This document shows, one piece after another, positions 28,969-38,377 of a DNA stretch of 38,598 nucleotides (position 1 is the stretch's first letter; each line of letters begins with the position of its first letter). Below the pieces are notes generated by a model. That model saw nothing but the letters and a program-made list of their open reading frames with translations. It was not told the DNA's origin and searched no databases. Made by a program: the position numbers and the translations under genes. Origin of the DNA: Promethearchaeia archaeon (lineage in GTDB: Archaea > Asgardarchaeota > Lokiarchaeia > Sigyniarchaeales > SOKP01); the NCBI GenBank assembly GCA_029856155.1, contig JAHQWL010000050.1, positions 1 through 38,598 on the forward strand, given 5' to 3'.

Positions 28969-30798
28969 ATGGACACTACTGAATTACCATCGATTGAAAG
29001 TGTTTCAGAGAATAATACCGTTAAAGAAGAAATTAAAAATCAATATTTTTGGTATCTTTTAGTGCTTTTCACTATATTTTTAGCTTCATTAGTTATTCCC
29101 GCGATTTTGTTTCTAATGTATGTATTTTTCTTTTTTTTACCTAATTTTTTAGAAACTACTAGTTTTTTAGCCCTTTTTACTGAGTTTAAACCATTGATAG
29201 CATTGATTTCTATGCCTTTAATTCTCATTGGGTGTTATCTTATTCGACTATTCTTTATAGGTATAATTACACGTGGTTTTTGGTATCTAACTGAAAAAAG
29301 ATCCCCTAGTAAAAGTGGTATTATACCAAGAAATTTTCCTAGTAAAACATTAAATTATTATCAACTTAGAGGGTTCATGATTAAATATGGAAAGAATGCT
29401 TTTATGAAAGGACCTTTTCCTTGGCTTAGCAACTGGTATTTTAATTTTATAGGAGCAAGCAAAATTGGAAAAGGTACCACCTTTGAGGAATCTGTTAGTA
29501 GTGATAAATTTATTGAAGTAGGGGAAAATTGCTATATAGGAGTTAATTCTGCTTTAGCTAGCCATGTTATTGAAGGAGTATTTGGAAACATCTCTTATTT
29601 TAAAGTAAAAACTGGAGATAATTTTACTGCCGCAGCTAGTAATGTTTTAGGACCTGGTTCTGAAGCCTATGATAATTCTTATTTACTTCCTTTAGCAGCA
29701 GCCACGAAGCATAGTTTAATTAAAGGAAATAATTATTACTGGGGCATGCCATTAAGAAAAATTTTCAGAAAAAAGATTATGAATTTTTTAAGAATATCAC
29801 CAAAGGATTTAGAAAAAGGTGAAAATGCTGGAGGTTACAAAGATAAAAAATTGTTTAAAAAATTGAGGGCTCAGAAACATTCGAAACAATCTGAAACTGA
29901 ACCCAAAATAGTACAAGATAACGGAGCTTTAAGTAAAGAAAATATTAATCTTAATAATTTGGATGAAGAAGATTTAAGAATTGATTTTACTACTAGTAGT
30001 GCAATTTCAAGAGTAAATATAAAATTTTTAGCTGTTTATATCCCAATTTTTTGGCTATCTGGGATGCTAGATACTGTAATCTTTTACACTTTCACTCATT
30101 ATGTTCAAAACTGGGTTTTAATGGCATTTTTTCTACCAGCAATATTAATTTTTATTTGGTTTATATTCATTTTAGGGTGTTTTTTCTTTAGCAAACTTTT
30201 CTTAATATTAATTAAATTAATACATAGACCAAAAGAAGGAATATTTAAAGCTGAAAAAGGAGATACTGATTTTGAATTTTGGTGTTTGCGAACTGAATTA
30301 AAAAAGATAGCTTTTTGGCTTATTCGAAATTGGCCTCTCCCTTGGATGGATATTTTGGCTTTTAAATGGTTCGGAATCAAAATGAGTCTATCAAGCACGT
30401 TATGGGATTCATGGTGCGATGGTGAATTTATTACATTTGGACGTAGAGTAATTGTAGGGCAAGGTGCTACTGTTATGTCCTCTATGGTTGTCGGAAAATA
30501 TTTAATAATTAAAAATACCATTCTGGATGATTATGTAGTTATTGGAGGTCAGAGCATCGTAGCCCCAGGAACGATCGTTGGTAAGGATTCAGTAATTGGT
30601 GCTCTTAGTACGACTACCTTTAATCAGATCCTTGAGCCTGGATGGATTTATTTTGGAATTCCTGTTATTCAGCTAAAAAAAAATAAATATTCCGAAGAAC
30701 GTCGAGATATACTTATGAAAAAGGATGTTGATGAAGAAAAGAAGTTTGAAATTGAACATGAAGTCAATATTGATGAAGATAAAAAGGAATTCGCATAA
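28969..30798 (+). CDS. Fused A+B 2x(2TM+LbH) protein, Pls terminal-domain-like
   Basis: N-half is paralogous to 18154 (SPSKSGIIPRN, ASH) and C-half to 19077 (IDFTTSSAIS, EVNIDEDKK). Confidence 0.8.
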   Translation: MDTTELPSIESVSENNTVKEEIKNQYFWYLLVLFTIFLASLVIPAILFLMYVFFFFLPNFLETTSFLALFTEFKPLIALISMPLILIGCYLIRLFFIGIITRGFWYLTEKRSPSKSGIIPRNFPSKTLNYYQLRGFMIKYGKNAFMKGPFPWLSNWYFNFIGASKIGKGTTFEESVSSDKFIEVGENCYIGVNSALASHVIEGVFGNISYFKVKTGDNFTAAASNVLGPGSEAYDNSYLLPLAAATKHSLIKGNNYYWGMPLRKIFRKKIMNFLRISPKDLEKGENAGGYKDKKLFKKLRAQKHSKQSETEPKIVQDNGALSKENINLNNLDEEDLRIDFTTSSAISRVNIKFLAVYIPIFWLSGMLDTVIFYTFTHYVQNWVLMAFFLPAILIFIWFIFILGCFFFSKLFLILIKLIHRPKEGIFKAEKGDTDFEFWCLRTELKKIAFWLIRNWPLPWMDILAFKWFGIKMSLSSTLWDSWCDGEFITFGRRVIVGQGATVMSSMVVGKYLIIKNTILDDYVVIGGQSIVAPGTIVGKDSVIGALSTTTFNQILEPGWIYFGIPVIQLKKNKYSEERRDILMKKDVDEEKKFEIEHEVNIDEDKKEFA

Positions 30799-30813
30799 AA
30801 AGACATTAATATT

Positions 30814-31239
30814 TTAAATTATATTTATTTTCAATTGTTCTTTTAGAAATCTCTTTAAAACATCACACTTTTCTTTCAAAACCTGTTTATCTTGATAGAA
30901 CAGATTAACTCTAGGGCAATCCTTATCAAATATACACTTTTTCCTATGGAAATCGTATATTAAAGGGTAAAATCTGCAACCTTGAGGACGAAACTCATAA
31001 ATAGTACAAATCTTTAAAAGCTTGTCAAAAAAAACACAATATCCTTCAATATTTTTTAATTGAAAAAGATCATCCTTGTTTTTAAAAATAAACTCTTGCT
31101 TTCTTTTATGATCTTGGCATTTTCTCATTATCAAATCAATATCATGTTCGGAAACAATCATCTCTGTCTCTATACAACACTTTCCACAATTTTCGCAATC
31201 ATTTGACATGGTTGGTTTTTCTTTTTGCCTACGACTCAT
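30814..31239 (-). CDS. YkgJ-family CxxCxxCC cysteine-cluster protein
   Basis: CENCGKCC, CVFF and CTIYEFRPQGCRFYP motifs. Confidence 0.9.
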   Translation of the reverse strand: MSRRQKEKPTMSNDCENCGKCCIETEMIVSEHDIDLIMRKCQDHKRKQEFIFKNKDDLFQLKNIEGYCVFFDKLLKICTIYEFRPQGCRFYPLIYDFHRKKCIFDKDCPRVNLFYQDKQVLKEKCDVLKRFLKEQLKINII

Positions 31240-31341
31240 AACTTTAAAAGAAAAAAAAAATAACTATTAAAGTATAATAAGTATCAATTGTTTTTTAATG
31301 AAGAAAAAATTACCGAAATTTATACCTCGTAATAAGAATCA

Positions 31342-33240
31342 ATGGTAAAAATGAGTGAAGAAGAAAAAGAATCTGAGCTATCTGATTCCGATGATTCTAA
31401 TAACGAAGTTATAAAAGAAGAAGTAAGTCTTCAATTTCATTTATATATTATTATTTTCGCTATTATCTATTATATTTCATGGGTTATACCAGGATTTGTA
31501 TTTTGGTTATATTTTTTCTTCCCTTTTCGAATATTCTTTTTAGAAAATCTTGGTTTTTTATCTCTTTTTACTAATTTAAGTTCTCTAATAACGTTATTAA
31601 TAATGCCTTTAGTTATAATTGGCTGTTATATAATTCATTTAATGCTGATTGGATTAACAACACGATTTATTTGGGGAATTACTGAAAAAAATTCACCCTC
31701 AAAATCAGGTATCATTCCAAGAAATATTAGAAGTAGAGTAGCAAATTATTACCATATTAGAAGTTTTATGATAAAATACGGAAAAAATACCTTTACAAAA
31801 GGTATATTTCCATGGTTATCTAATTGGTTTTTTAATTTTGTTGGGTCAAACAAAATTGGAAAAGGTACAACCTTAGAGGAATCTGTGGGTATGGATAAAT
31901 TTATAGATATTGGTGAAAATTGTTATATTGGTGTAAATACTACCTTAGCGAGCCATCTCGTCGTTGGGATTTTTGGTAATATCTCATATTTTGAAATTAA
32001 AGTTGGTAATAATGTAACTTCTTCTGCTTTGAGCAATGTTGGTCCCGGAAGTGAAATTTATGAAGATACATATCTATTACCTCTAGCTTCTACACCAAAA
32101 CATAGTATATTAAAAGGTAATAACTCATATTATTTTGGAATTCCAATGAGAAAAATCTTTAGAAAGAAACTTATGAAATATTTAAAAGTAACACCAAAAG
32201 ATTTGGAGATGAATGAGAATATTGAGGGGTACTCAGATAAAAAATTATTAAAAGAAATAAAAAAGAAGAAGAATTATCCTGAAAATGACGATGAAAATGT
32301 TGATAGAGAACAAACTCTGGGTGACCTACAAGAAGATAAATTAGTATTGGATAAATTAACCGCAAAAGATTTAGCGATTGATTTCACAACAAGCTCTGCA
32401 ATAAGTAGGGTAAATGTAAAGTTTTTAATTGTATATATACCAATCTTTTGGCTTTCGGGATTAATCGTAACCATAATTTGGTACTGGTATTCTAGAACTC
32501 AAGTTTCATCGAACTTTCAATGGGCATTTTTCTTTTTCTTCCCATTTGTTTTGTTCGGATTATTATATATCTTTATTGCGGGATGCCTTCTTTTTAGTAA
32601 GCTATTTTTAATTTTAATAAATTTAATTCATAAACCTAAAGAGGGTGTTTTTAAAGCAGAGATTGGAGATACTAATTACGAATTTTGGATGATGAGAACT
32701 GAACTAAAGAAAATTGCTTTATGGTTATTTCGAAATTCACCGTTTCCGTGGACCGATGCATTAGCTTTTAAGCAGTTAGGGATAAATATGGATTTTTCAA
32801 GCCATTTGGCGGATACGTGGTGTGATTCTGAATTTATTAAATTTGGTCGTAAAGTATTGGTCGGTCAGGGAGCTACAATTATGTCCAGTATGGTAATAGG
32901 TAAATATTTACTGATTAAAAAAGTATTTTTTGATGATTATGTAATGGTTGGAGGTCATACGACGATTGCTCCAGGGACGATAATAGAGAAAGAATCGGTT
33001 ATCGGTGCGATAAGTTCAACAACCTATGATCAAGTTCTAAAACCTGGTTGGATTTATTTTGGAATACCCGCTAGGGAGTTAAAAGAAAATAAATATGCTG
33101 AAGAAAGAAGAGATGTAATAATAAAACGCCAAGTAGCTGAAGACAAAAAATTTGAAATGACGTATGAAGTTAATATTGATGAGGATAAGAAAGAATTAAT
33201 TAAACCAAAGAAGGAGTTGAAAAAAAATGAGTGTTCCTAA
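31342..33240 (+). CDS. Fused A+B 2x(2TM+LbH) protein, second copy
   Basis: Close paralog of 28969..30798 over its full length. Confidence 0.8.
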   Translation: MVKMSEEEKESELSDSDDSNNEVIKEEVSLQFHLYIIIFAIIYYISWVIPGFVFWLYFFFPFRIFFLENLGFLSLFTNLSSLITLLIMPLVIIGCYIIHLMLIGLTTRFIWGITEKNSPSKSGIIPRNIRSRVANYYHIRSFMIKYGKNTFTKGIFPWLSNWFFNFVGSNKIGKGTTLEESVGMDKFIDIGENCYIGVNTTLASHLVVGIFGNISYFEIKVGNNVTSSALSNVGPGSEIYEDTYLLPLASTPKHSILKGNNSYYFGIPMRKIFRKKLMKYLKVTPKDLEMNENIEGYSDKKLLKEIKKKKNYPENDDENVDREQTLGDLQEDKLVLDKLTAKDLAIDFTTSSAISRVNVKFLIVYIPIFWLSGLIVTIIWYWYSRTQVSSNFQWAFFFFFPFVLFGLLYIFIAGCLLFSKLFLILINLIHKPKEGVFKAEIGDTNYEFWMMRTELKKIALWLFRNSPFPWTDALAFKQLGINMDFSSHLADTWCDSEFIKFGRKVLVGQGATIMSSMVIGKYLLIKKVFFDDYVMVGGHTTIAPGTIIEKESVIGAISSTTYDQVLKPGWIYFGIPARELKENKYAEERRDVIIKRQVAEDKKFEMTYEVNIDEDKKELIKPKKELKKNECS

Positions 33241-34177
33241 CACGATGAGGGTCGGTCCTTTCACAAGTACTGTCCTTGTAAAGAAACGTTATTTAACTTT
33301 TTACATCTTGTTGATTTGGGCAAGTATTATTCCAATTCTTTTGGAATTTTGGATTTATTGGCGATTTTTATGGAATCCAATAAGACCAGTCCACTTTTAC
33401 ACATTTCTTCCACTTTTGGCTTTTTTAATGTATATTACTCTAGTTTTTTCTTCAATACTTTTTGCTAAGATCTTATTAATTATAATTAATGCAATCCATA
33501 AGCCTCGAGAAGGCGTTTTTTTAAGAATTCCCGCAGATCGAGATTATAGATATTGGAGTCTACGGAATACTATAAAAAGATGGCCAATTTGGCTTGCTCA
33601 CAGATTTCCTTTCCCTGGATTTTTAGATAATGTCTGTTTCAAAATGTTTGGAGTGAAAACTAAAATTTCAAACTCTCTATTTGAAGGTTGGGTCGATACT
33701 GAATTTATAAATTTTGGTAAAGACGTAGTTGTTGGACAAGGAGCAATTGTTCAATCTGCCGTAATAATAGGTAATCTATTAATAATCCGAAAAACTGTTA
33801 TAGAAGATGAAGTTAGGATAGGGTCGCATGCTATAATCATGCCGGGTACACATATTGAGCACAATTGTATTTTAGCTGCTAATTCCGTAACTACGGTAGG
33901 ACAGGTTTTAGAGAGAGGATACATTTATGCGGGTATTCCCGCAAAAAAGTTCAAAAAGAACTATTTTTTTGAGGATGGATTGGAGGATAAGATAGGGCAC
34001 GTTGAGGATGTTGAGGCGTTAAGAGAAAAATATGAACAGATTTATACTAAAAGATATGATAAATTGAAACTTAAAGAGCGTCGTGAATTAAAAAGAGAAA
34101 AGAAAGAAGAGGAAAAGAAGAGATTTGACTATGCAGCTGATGAATGGGAAGAATTTGACGATGGTTTCAACATTTAA
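33227..34177 (+). CDS. 2TM + LbH module C, second copy
   Basis: MSVP..VGP and DYRYWSLR..WP.WL.H.FPFP; paralog of 19973; overlaps the upstream gene by 14 nt. Confidence 0.8.
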   Translation: MSVPNTMRVGPFTSTVLVKKRYLTFYILLIWASIIPILLEFWIYWRFLWNPIRPVHFYTFLPLLAFLMYITLVFSSILFAKILLIIINAIHKPREGVFLRIPADRDYRYWSLRNTIKRWPIWLAHRFPFPGFLDNVCFKMFGVKTKISNSLFEGWVDTEFINFGKDVVVGQGAIVQSAVIIGNLLIIRKTVIEDEVRIGSHAIIMPGTHIEHNCILAANSVTTVGQVLERGYIYAGIPAKKFKKNYFFEDGLEDKIGHVEDVEALREKYEQIYTKRYDKLKLKERRELKREKKEEEKKRFDYAADEWEEFDDGFNI

Positions 34178-34215
34178 CAAAAGTATTATAATCCAGTTAA
34201 TTTAGCATCCTTATT

Positions 34216-34923
34216 TTATGTTAAAATAAAATACATTCTTCTATTGCTTTTTCCTTTATTAACGGTCTTAGTCACTTCAATTTTACCGATCTCTTTTAAA
34301 TGGTTGATATGAGTACCACCATCTACTTGTTCGTCGATATCTCCTATCCTAACAATGCGAAATTCCTTAATATTCTTGGGTAATCCTACAGCTAAGCGTG
34401 CTAATTCAGGTTTTCCTAAAACCTCCTCTCTAGCCATGTAATCAATAGTGATTGGTAAATCTTTCTCAATGATGTTATTTGCTTCCTCTACAAAAGTCCG
34501 TAATTTTTCAGGTGAATAATCTTGCATTGAAAAATCCATTCTTGTTTTATCTAATTCTATTTGATTCCCTGTAATTTTAGCATCAGCTCTCCTATAGAGG
34601 ATATTACTAATTAGATGAGAAGCAGTATGATAACGCATAAAAGTATATCTTCGTTCCCAATCAAGTTCACAACTAACTTGTTCACCTTCTTTTAAACCTG
34701 GTTTATCTACTTCATGACTAATTTTCCCAGAGAATTTACCAACATATACAACTTTAAATTTTTGATTATCCTTTATAATGAATCCTTCATCCGAAGGTTG
34801 ACCTCCTCCTTTAGGGTAGAAGGCAGTCTTATCAAGAACAACATATTTATCATCTGCAACACTTACAACTTTCGCATTCCAGCTTTTAAGGTAAGAATCA
34901 TCCATATAGAGTGCTCTAGCCAT
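34216..34923 (-). CDS. alaXM: Alanyl-tRNA editing protein AlaX-M
   Basis: LYMDDSYLK, TAFYPKGGGQPSDEG, MRYHTASH and QVDGGTH motifs. Confidence 0.92.
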   Translation of the reverse strand: MARALYMDDSYLKSWNAKVVSVADDKYVVLDKTAFYPKGGGQPSDEGFIIKDNQKFKVVYVGKFSGKISHEVDKPGLKEGEQVSCELDWERRYTFMRYHTASHLISNILYRRADAKITGNQIELDKTRMDFSMQDYSPEKLRTFVEEANNIIEKDLPITIDYMAREEVLGKPELARLAVGLPKNIKEFRIVRIGDIDEQVDGGTHINHLKEIGKIEVTKTVNKGKSNRRMYFILT

Positions 34924-34953
34924 AAAAAAAAGAAAATATTTTACCTTATAACT

Positions 34954-35106
34954 TTAATCCTTTTCATGAATTTCAGAAGGTTTTACGCCATCAAACAATT
35001 CTAATTTTAAAAATTTAACCTTTTTTTGACATTGAGGACAATAGTAATATCCTGGTTCCTTGTTTTCAAAATGAAAACCACATTCTTTACAAACAGCGTA
35101 AAACAT
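34954..35106 (-). CDS. 50-aa zinc-ribbon microprotein (not in ORF track)
   Basis: MFYAVCKECGFHFENKEPGYYYCPQCQKKVKFLKLELFDGVKPSEIHEKD*. Confidence 0.8.
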   Translation of the reverse strand: MFYAVCKECGFHFENKEPGYYYCPQCQKKVKFLKLELFDGVKPSEIHEKD

Positions 35107-35132
35107 ATAATAAAGAAAATTTAATATGATAT

Positions 35133-35285
35133 TTAATTTATCTCTTGAAGTTTATTAGGCTTAGCACCACAAAAAGCTTCAAACTTAAGAAACTTCATTT
35201 CTTTGGAACAATTAGGACAAAAATATTTCCCTGGTTCCTTATTTTCGAAGGAATATCCACATTCTTTGCATACTACTGCTTTCAT
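35133..35285 (-). CDS. 50-aa zinc-ribbon microprotein, tandem paralog (not in ORF track)
   Basis: MKAVVCKECGYSFENKEPGKYFCPNCSKEMKFLKFEAFCGAKPNKLQEIN*. Confidence 0.8.
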   Translation of the reverse strand: MKAVVCKECGYSFENKEPGKYFCPNCSKEMKFLKFEAFCGAKPNKLQEIN

Positions 35286-35466
35286 ACTATAAATTACTTT
35301 AATAATCTTTTAATAAGTTCTTATTATGAATTAGAAATTGGATAAATATTGGTTAAATTTAAAATATGTGTCGTAAAAAAAATGAATAAATAATAAGTCT
35401 TATATAATTATTTATACGGATTTAGTATAACTTTGTAAATTTAGAAAGTTAAATAAGGGAAAATAT

Positions 35467-36504
35467 ATGAAGTTTGTTGAAGTAGCGGGTACTAAATTTG
35501 AAGTTAAAAATGGATTTCTTGATTTAGTTCTTTTAGAAATAAAAGATATTAATGAAATACAAGGATTATCAAAACTAAAAGATTTAAAGAATTTAGAATT
35601 AAGCTCAAATCAAATAGCTGTAATTAGAGGGCTAGATAACTTAACTGAGTTAGAAATCTTAAATTTAGGGAACAATGATATAGTTGAAATAAAGGGATTA
35701 GAAAAATTAAAAAAACTCAAGATTCTTCATCTTATAAGTAACCAGTTAACAGAGATAAAAGGTTTAGAGAATTTAAGAAATTTAGAAGAATTATATTTAA
35801 GGGGAAATCAGATAACAGAGTTAAAAGGTTTAGAGAATTTAACCTCCTTAAAGAGGCTTGATCTTTCTTGGAATGACATAACAGAAATCAGGGGCTTTAA
35901 TACTTTAACAAATCTTGAAGTATTATGGATTGCGGGAAATAAGGTAGAAAAAATCAAAAATTTTGAAAAGTTAGAGAAACTTGAAGTGTTAAATCTTGCT
36001 GGAAATCAGATTAAGAGTATTGAAGGGTTGGAGAGTCTAAAGAAGCTCAAATCTCTTTACTTAAATAATAATTTAATTCAAGATATTCATAGCCTAAATA
36101 CTTTAGAAAATTTGGAGACATTATGGCTAAATAATAACCAAATTTCAACTATTGGAGGTTTAGATAATTGCGAAGCCCTAAGAATTCTAAATTTAAAACA
36201 AAACAATTTAAGCCAGATAAAAGGATTATATTCTTTGAATAGATTAGAAAATCTTTTTCTTTCAGAGAATAATATTGGAGAAATTAAAGGTCTTGAAACG
36301 CTAACTAAGTTAGAAACTCTCGATTTAGGTCAAAATCGCATAATTCAGATTAAAGGATTAGAATCTTTAATGAATTTAAAAGATTTATGGCTAGCGGATA
36401 ATTTAATCCCTCAAAAAATATTAGATGACTTAGGAGGATTAGATTCGGGTGGTTGTGCAAATGATCCCTTGAAATTTGTTCAATATAGTCTTGTTAATTT
36501 ATGA
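35467..36504 (+). CDS. SDS22-like leucine-rich repeat protein
   Basis: About 13 repeats of 22 aa, LxxLxxLxLxxNxIxxIxGLxx. Confidence 0.92.
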   Translation: MKFVEVAGTKFEVKNGFLDLVLLEIKDINEIQGLSKLKDLKNLELSSNQIAVIRGLDNLTELEILNLGNNDIVEIKGLEKLKKLKILHLISNQLTEIKGLENLRNLEELYLRGNQITELKGLENLTSLKRLDLSWNDITEIRGFNTLTNLEVLWIAGNKVEKIKNFEKLEKLEVLNLAGNQIKSIEGLESLKKLKSLYLNNNLIQDIHSLNTLENLETLWLNNNQISTIGGLDNCEALRILNLKQNNLSQIKGLYSLNRLENLFLSENNIGEIKGLETLTKLETLDLGQNRIIQIKGLESLMNLKDLWLADNLIPQKILDDLGGLDSGGCANDPLKFVQYSLVNL

Positions 36505-36646
36505 TAGTTTTTTTAGAAATTTTATAAATGTTAAAAATAATAATACAAATCATATATCAAATTCAAGGTTAATTTAAAAATAGAAAAATTAATAAAAAAT
36601 TTAGAGTTTGATGTTTAAGATTATAGTTTTTTACCTTAAAAGATTT

Positions 36647-37075
36647 TTACTCTCCAAGTTCTTTTAAAACGTCCCCAACCATTCCATTAATTTCTCCATA
36701 TGCTATTGCATCTTGAAGATTCCCTTCAATCTGCAAGTCTCCACTCATATAAGCGCTAGTTGATTCAATTTCTCCAGAACCCATACCTGCCCATGTAGCA
36801 CTTGCTGCCTTCATGGTGACACTTGGATCTTCTGCTTCACCTTCAGCATACTCTACTTGTCCTTCTCCAAATTTTACCCAATATTTATAACCAACATCAG
36901 TCCATACAAATTGAACAAGGGTAAGATCCATATCTTCTACTTCTTCTTTTATATCTTCATTTTCAGTAGCAAGTTGTTTAAAAGCTTCACATAATAGAAG
37001 AGCATCAGAAGGTTTTCTTTCACCAGTTCCTTCTCTCATATCTTTTAACTTTTTTAGTAAATCATCACTAACCAT
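36647..37075 (-). CDS. SCP2 sterol/lipid-carrier domain protein
   Basis: GEAEDPSVTMK..AYMSGDLQIEGNLQDA. Confidence 0.88.
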   Translation of the reverse strand: MVSDDLLKKLKDMREGTGERKPSDALLLCEAFKQLATENEDIKEEVEDMDLTLVQFVWTDVGYKYWVKFGEGQVEYAEGEAEDPSVTMKAASATWAGMGSGEIESTSAYMSGDLQIEGNLQDAIAYGEINGMVGDVLKELGE

Positions 37076-37291
37076 TTTTTAAAACCACTTTTTTTATTTA
37101 TCTAACATTTTTAATTAAAAGATAATTAATTATATTTGGAATATTTTAAAAGTTTTTATTTATTCAACAACGCTTTATTTACGTTATTCAATACTATAGA
37201 TTGACCCAATGGGGAAATTATACTTTTTTAAAAAAAAAATCTACTTAAATATGAGGATTAATAAAAAAAAATAAAAATAAAGATTTTAAGA

Positions 37292-38377
37292 TTATAAACT
37301 TTGACCTATTACTTCAATACTGCCAGTTGATATAGAAATACCAAATGTGTACTTATTAGTTGCATCACCATAATCTCCAGAAGATATCACTCCACTTACC
37401 TTACTCATTCCACCAGATCCTAAGGGAGTATATGTGATAGAGCCCGTACTTACTGAACATGTAAATCGGGATCCTATTGTACTTAAAGAATCATCATATA
37501 TTACATCAATACTCCCAGTAGATGATCCTATAGTTCCTGTAATGTTAGCATTCATTTCTATGTATTGAAGGATTTGCAAATCAACACTCCCGGTGTCTGT
37601 GTGAAAATTCCAAGTACAATCTTTCATATATAACATATTATAACTTTTGATAGATATTGAACCAGTTGATACAGTTCCGATTAAATTGTCTCCAATAATA
37701 CATTGCGAAAAGTTTAAAGTAAGAGAGCCTGTGGATGTTGATGTAATTAATCCATGAGTAAAATTAGTTTTTTTAGCATATAGACTAATTGATCCTGTAC
37801 TAGTACTCAATCCTAACGTTCCATGAAAAGTTGTATCTTTCGCAGAATTTAGCACAATTGACCCAGTAGATGTACCTAAAGAAGTATTATTAACAACAAT
37901 ATTTTCGGGAACATTCAAATCTACCGCTCCTGTACTAGAAAATGCATTTATATCATAAATCACATCAGTTCTGAGAGTAACATCAATTGTTATTCGATGT
38001 GAAAGTCCAAAAATGAAAACAGGATTAAACTTTATATCAAGGTCAAACGATACAGGACTACTGTCATTATCCCATTCAATAAGATTAAAAAAATCTGAAT
38101 AAGATTTTCCAGCAACAAATCCTCCTACAATTTTAACATCTAAATCAACATACGCATAATAATCTGTTGGAGTTGTATTGTATTTAATATTTATTTGTCC
38201 AATATCAATATTGATATTTATTCTCTCTACTGATGTAGGAGCTTCTGGTTTATAAGAGTAAGAATCAGAATACCTATATTCTCCCCATGTTGCAGCTATC
38301 ACTACTCCGAATGCTGTTCCTCCAGTAACAATGCATGCAGCAACAATCATCAAAACAATATTAGTTTTCTTTTTCAA
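37292..38377 (-). CDS. Membrane-anchored DUF4097-like beta-strand repeat protein
   Basis: N-terminal TM helix; repeated (S/T)STGS(I/V) beta units. Confidence 0.75.
   Translation of the reverse strand: MKKKTNIVLMIVAACIVTGGTAFGVVIAATWGEYRYSDSYSYKPEAPTSVERININIDIGQINIKYNTTPTDYYAYVDLDVKIVGGFVAGKSYSDFFNLIEWDNDSSPVSFDLDIKFNPVFIFGLSHRITIDVTLRTDVIYDINAFSSTGAVDLNVPENIVVNNTSLGTSTGSIVLNSAKDTTFHGTLGLSTSTGSISLYAKKTNFTHGLITSTSTGSLTLNFSQCIIGDNLIGTVSTGSISIKSYNMLYMKDCTWNFHTDTGSVDLQILQYIEMNANITGTIGSSTGSIDVIYDDSLSTIGSRFTCSVSTGSITYTPLGSGGMSKVSGVISSGDYGDATNKYTFGISISTGSIEVIGQSL

Noticed and set aside
34300-34335. AlaX DGGTH instead of CGGTH as a sign of inactivation
   Set aside because: To my knowledge Asp at this position is common in AlaX-M proteins, and the HxxxH motif is intact.
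2172-35345. Short opposite-strand or alternate-frame ORFs (2172, 2904, 5043, 5826, 8986, 12870, 13793, 14354, 19679, 23752, 23819, 24707, 29040, 30105, 32171, 32274, 34714, 35145)
   Set aside because: They overlap well-supported genes and have no motifs of their own. 34714 and 35145 shadow alaXM and the zinc-ribbon genes.
15990-37075. Sterol pathway inferred from DUF1295 and SCP2
   Set aside because: Both families are widespread with broad lipid roles, the genes are 20 kb apart, and no sterol synthesis genes are present.
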